From: Tricharina praecox
Lineage: Eukaryota
NCBI RefSeq assembly: GCF_024521635.1
Contig: NW_026250422.1
Span: forward strand, 434,001-498,000
Length of the DNA stretch: 64,000 nucleotides
Reading direction: 5' to 3'
Below are positions 62,750 through 64,000 of the stretch, piece after piece. The position numbers and the translations under genes were made by a program. The stretch's first letter is position 1, and the number at the start of each line of letters is the position of its first letter. The notes under the pieces were generated by a model that saw only the letters and a list, made by a program, of their open reading frames with translations, was not told where the DNA came from and ran no database searches.

Positions 62750-63931
62750 TCAATAAATCACCTCGGCACGGAACGTTCCGCCCCCATCCCAAGGAGGCCT
62801 CATGTGAAGCTCCCTGACAACCCTCTGAGCTTCGCTCTCGCTCCGACAGCGAATCAGCCATCTGCCCTCCGCACCGAGTCCCCTCCCGTCCGCCTTCAAA
62901 ACCCTAGTCGAGACGTTGTTGCCACGTTTCTCCAACACGACCCTCTGCACTCCCGCGCTACCGCTTTCCGTGTCCCCGGGACAGAGCTGCACCTGTTTCT
63001 CCTCCAATATCGCCCTGACCTCGTCCGTCCTGGGCAAGAGTCCTGTCGATCTGATCCGGCCGCCGAGTCCACAGATCGTGAGCAGGACGCATCGGCCAGG
63101 TGCACCCCCACCGGCAGTGAGGACACCCTGCAGGATCACCTCCTGTTCCTTGATGCTCTTGCTGCGGCGGTCAGCATGCGTGAACTCTGGGCTCGATCCT
63201 GGCGGAAATCTGACGACGGGCCGCCCGGGCACTTTGGGGTCCGAGAAGGACAGCATCTTAGACGTAAAAGTGCCGGCCGCCGTCGGGGTGGTAAATGTGA
63301 TGTGATAGATAGGACGCCGATCGAGCGATCTGAAATCACGGAAGGGAATCACTGTAGCACACAACGCATTTCCCCCCTCATCAGCCGTCCGTTCCCCGTC
63401 TCATCGAAGAAAACACACAAGAGAGAGAATCTATCCCTCTCTCGCGGGAGCGGGTATGTTGAAACCTCGCACGATGTCGTGGTCGTCCTTGAAATCAGGA
63501 AGGTGGTGCTTTCGTGGGATCAGACGACGTATGTCGGCTCCCAGAAGCGTCGTCCCAATCCCTTTCAGTTGAACCGTCGAGGATGGTTGGAAGTCCAGGT
63601 CGACGGTGGTGGCGGTGGAGGTGGTGGTGGCACTCTTGCCAGCTAGACGGTTGTAAATAGAGCTGGATCAGCACCGAGGGGAATAAAGAAAGAACCAGAA
63701 GCCTCTGTGCAGGGACGACGGGGGGAGGGGGCGGGGATTCATTCACTCATGCAAACGAAACTGCGGCTCCACATGCATTGTGCTTGCTGCGTGTGAGAGC
63801 GGAGACACGAGATGTCGCGGGGAACCAGTGATCTCTGGACAGCAGTTTGGGGGGCGGTTGTACGAGTAGGGCAGTGGGTAGTGGGGCAGAAGACGGAGGG
63901 GGGGTCAAGATGATGCACCACATACTAGCAT
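62750..63931 (-). CDS. Conserved-looking fungal hypothetical protein (~290 aa), possibly mitochondrial with RRM-like folds
   Basis: Model exons 63926-63931, 63747-63834, 63466-63642 and 62750-63351 total 873 nt in frame. Translation MLRSLVPR...DIRRLIP.KHH...VIPFRD..SL...YHITF...A..F...RWLIRC.SESEAQRVVRELH...AEVIY. The 5' structure is uncertain: a single intron 63643-63925 with the frame running off the window also fits. Confidence 0.65.
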
Positions 63932-64000
63932 CGCCTTTTTGGGTATGGCCAGTTGCCGAAGTAGTCCTCCATCCTTGGTCTGATGGTCTCGATGGAAGCA

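Noticed and set aside
62738..63646. 302-aa plus-strand ORF
   Set aside because: It overlaps the better-supported spliced minus-strand gene, lacks an ATG start and has no motifs.

Overview
This is eukaryotic DNA from a filamentous ascomycete (Pezizomycotina), judged from short GT-AG introns with CTRAY branch sites and the gene content. A Pezizomycetes origin is plausible but not verifiable here. I reconstructed spliced, frame-consistent models for 13 protein genes. They are an RBR E3 ligase (5' partial), an SRA-YDG protein, PRS1, a GH131 glucanase, a PL1 pectate lyase, an alcohol acetyltransferase, two orphan Cys/His-rich proteins, a degenerate AAA-ATPase-like protein, the divergent FAS2/FAS1 pair, a KapC-type bZIP factor with a 32-Gln tract and a probable mitochondrial hypothetical protein. 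There is also one disrupted orphan ORF. Non-coding features absent from the ORF track include an intronic snR67-like box C/D snoRNA in an apparently non-coding host transcript, a tandem pair of H/ACA-like structured RNAs after PRS1, a 260-bp hAT-type MITE with an 8-bp TSD, and a ~570-bp tandem duplication. The best novelty candidates are: (i) an unrecognised 8-ligand Zn-finger motif shared by two otherwise unrelated orphan proteins that flank the degenerate ATPase gene; (ii) the H/ACA-like pair; (iii) mirror-image motifs in the FAS bidirectional promoter; and (iv) a strongly over-represented intergenic heptamer, TAGAGTA. No database searches were run, so all family calls come from motif recognition.
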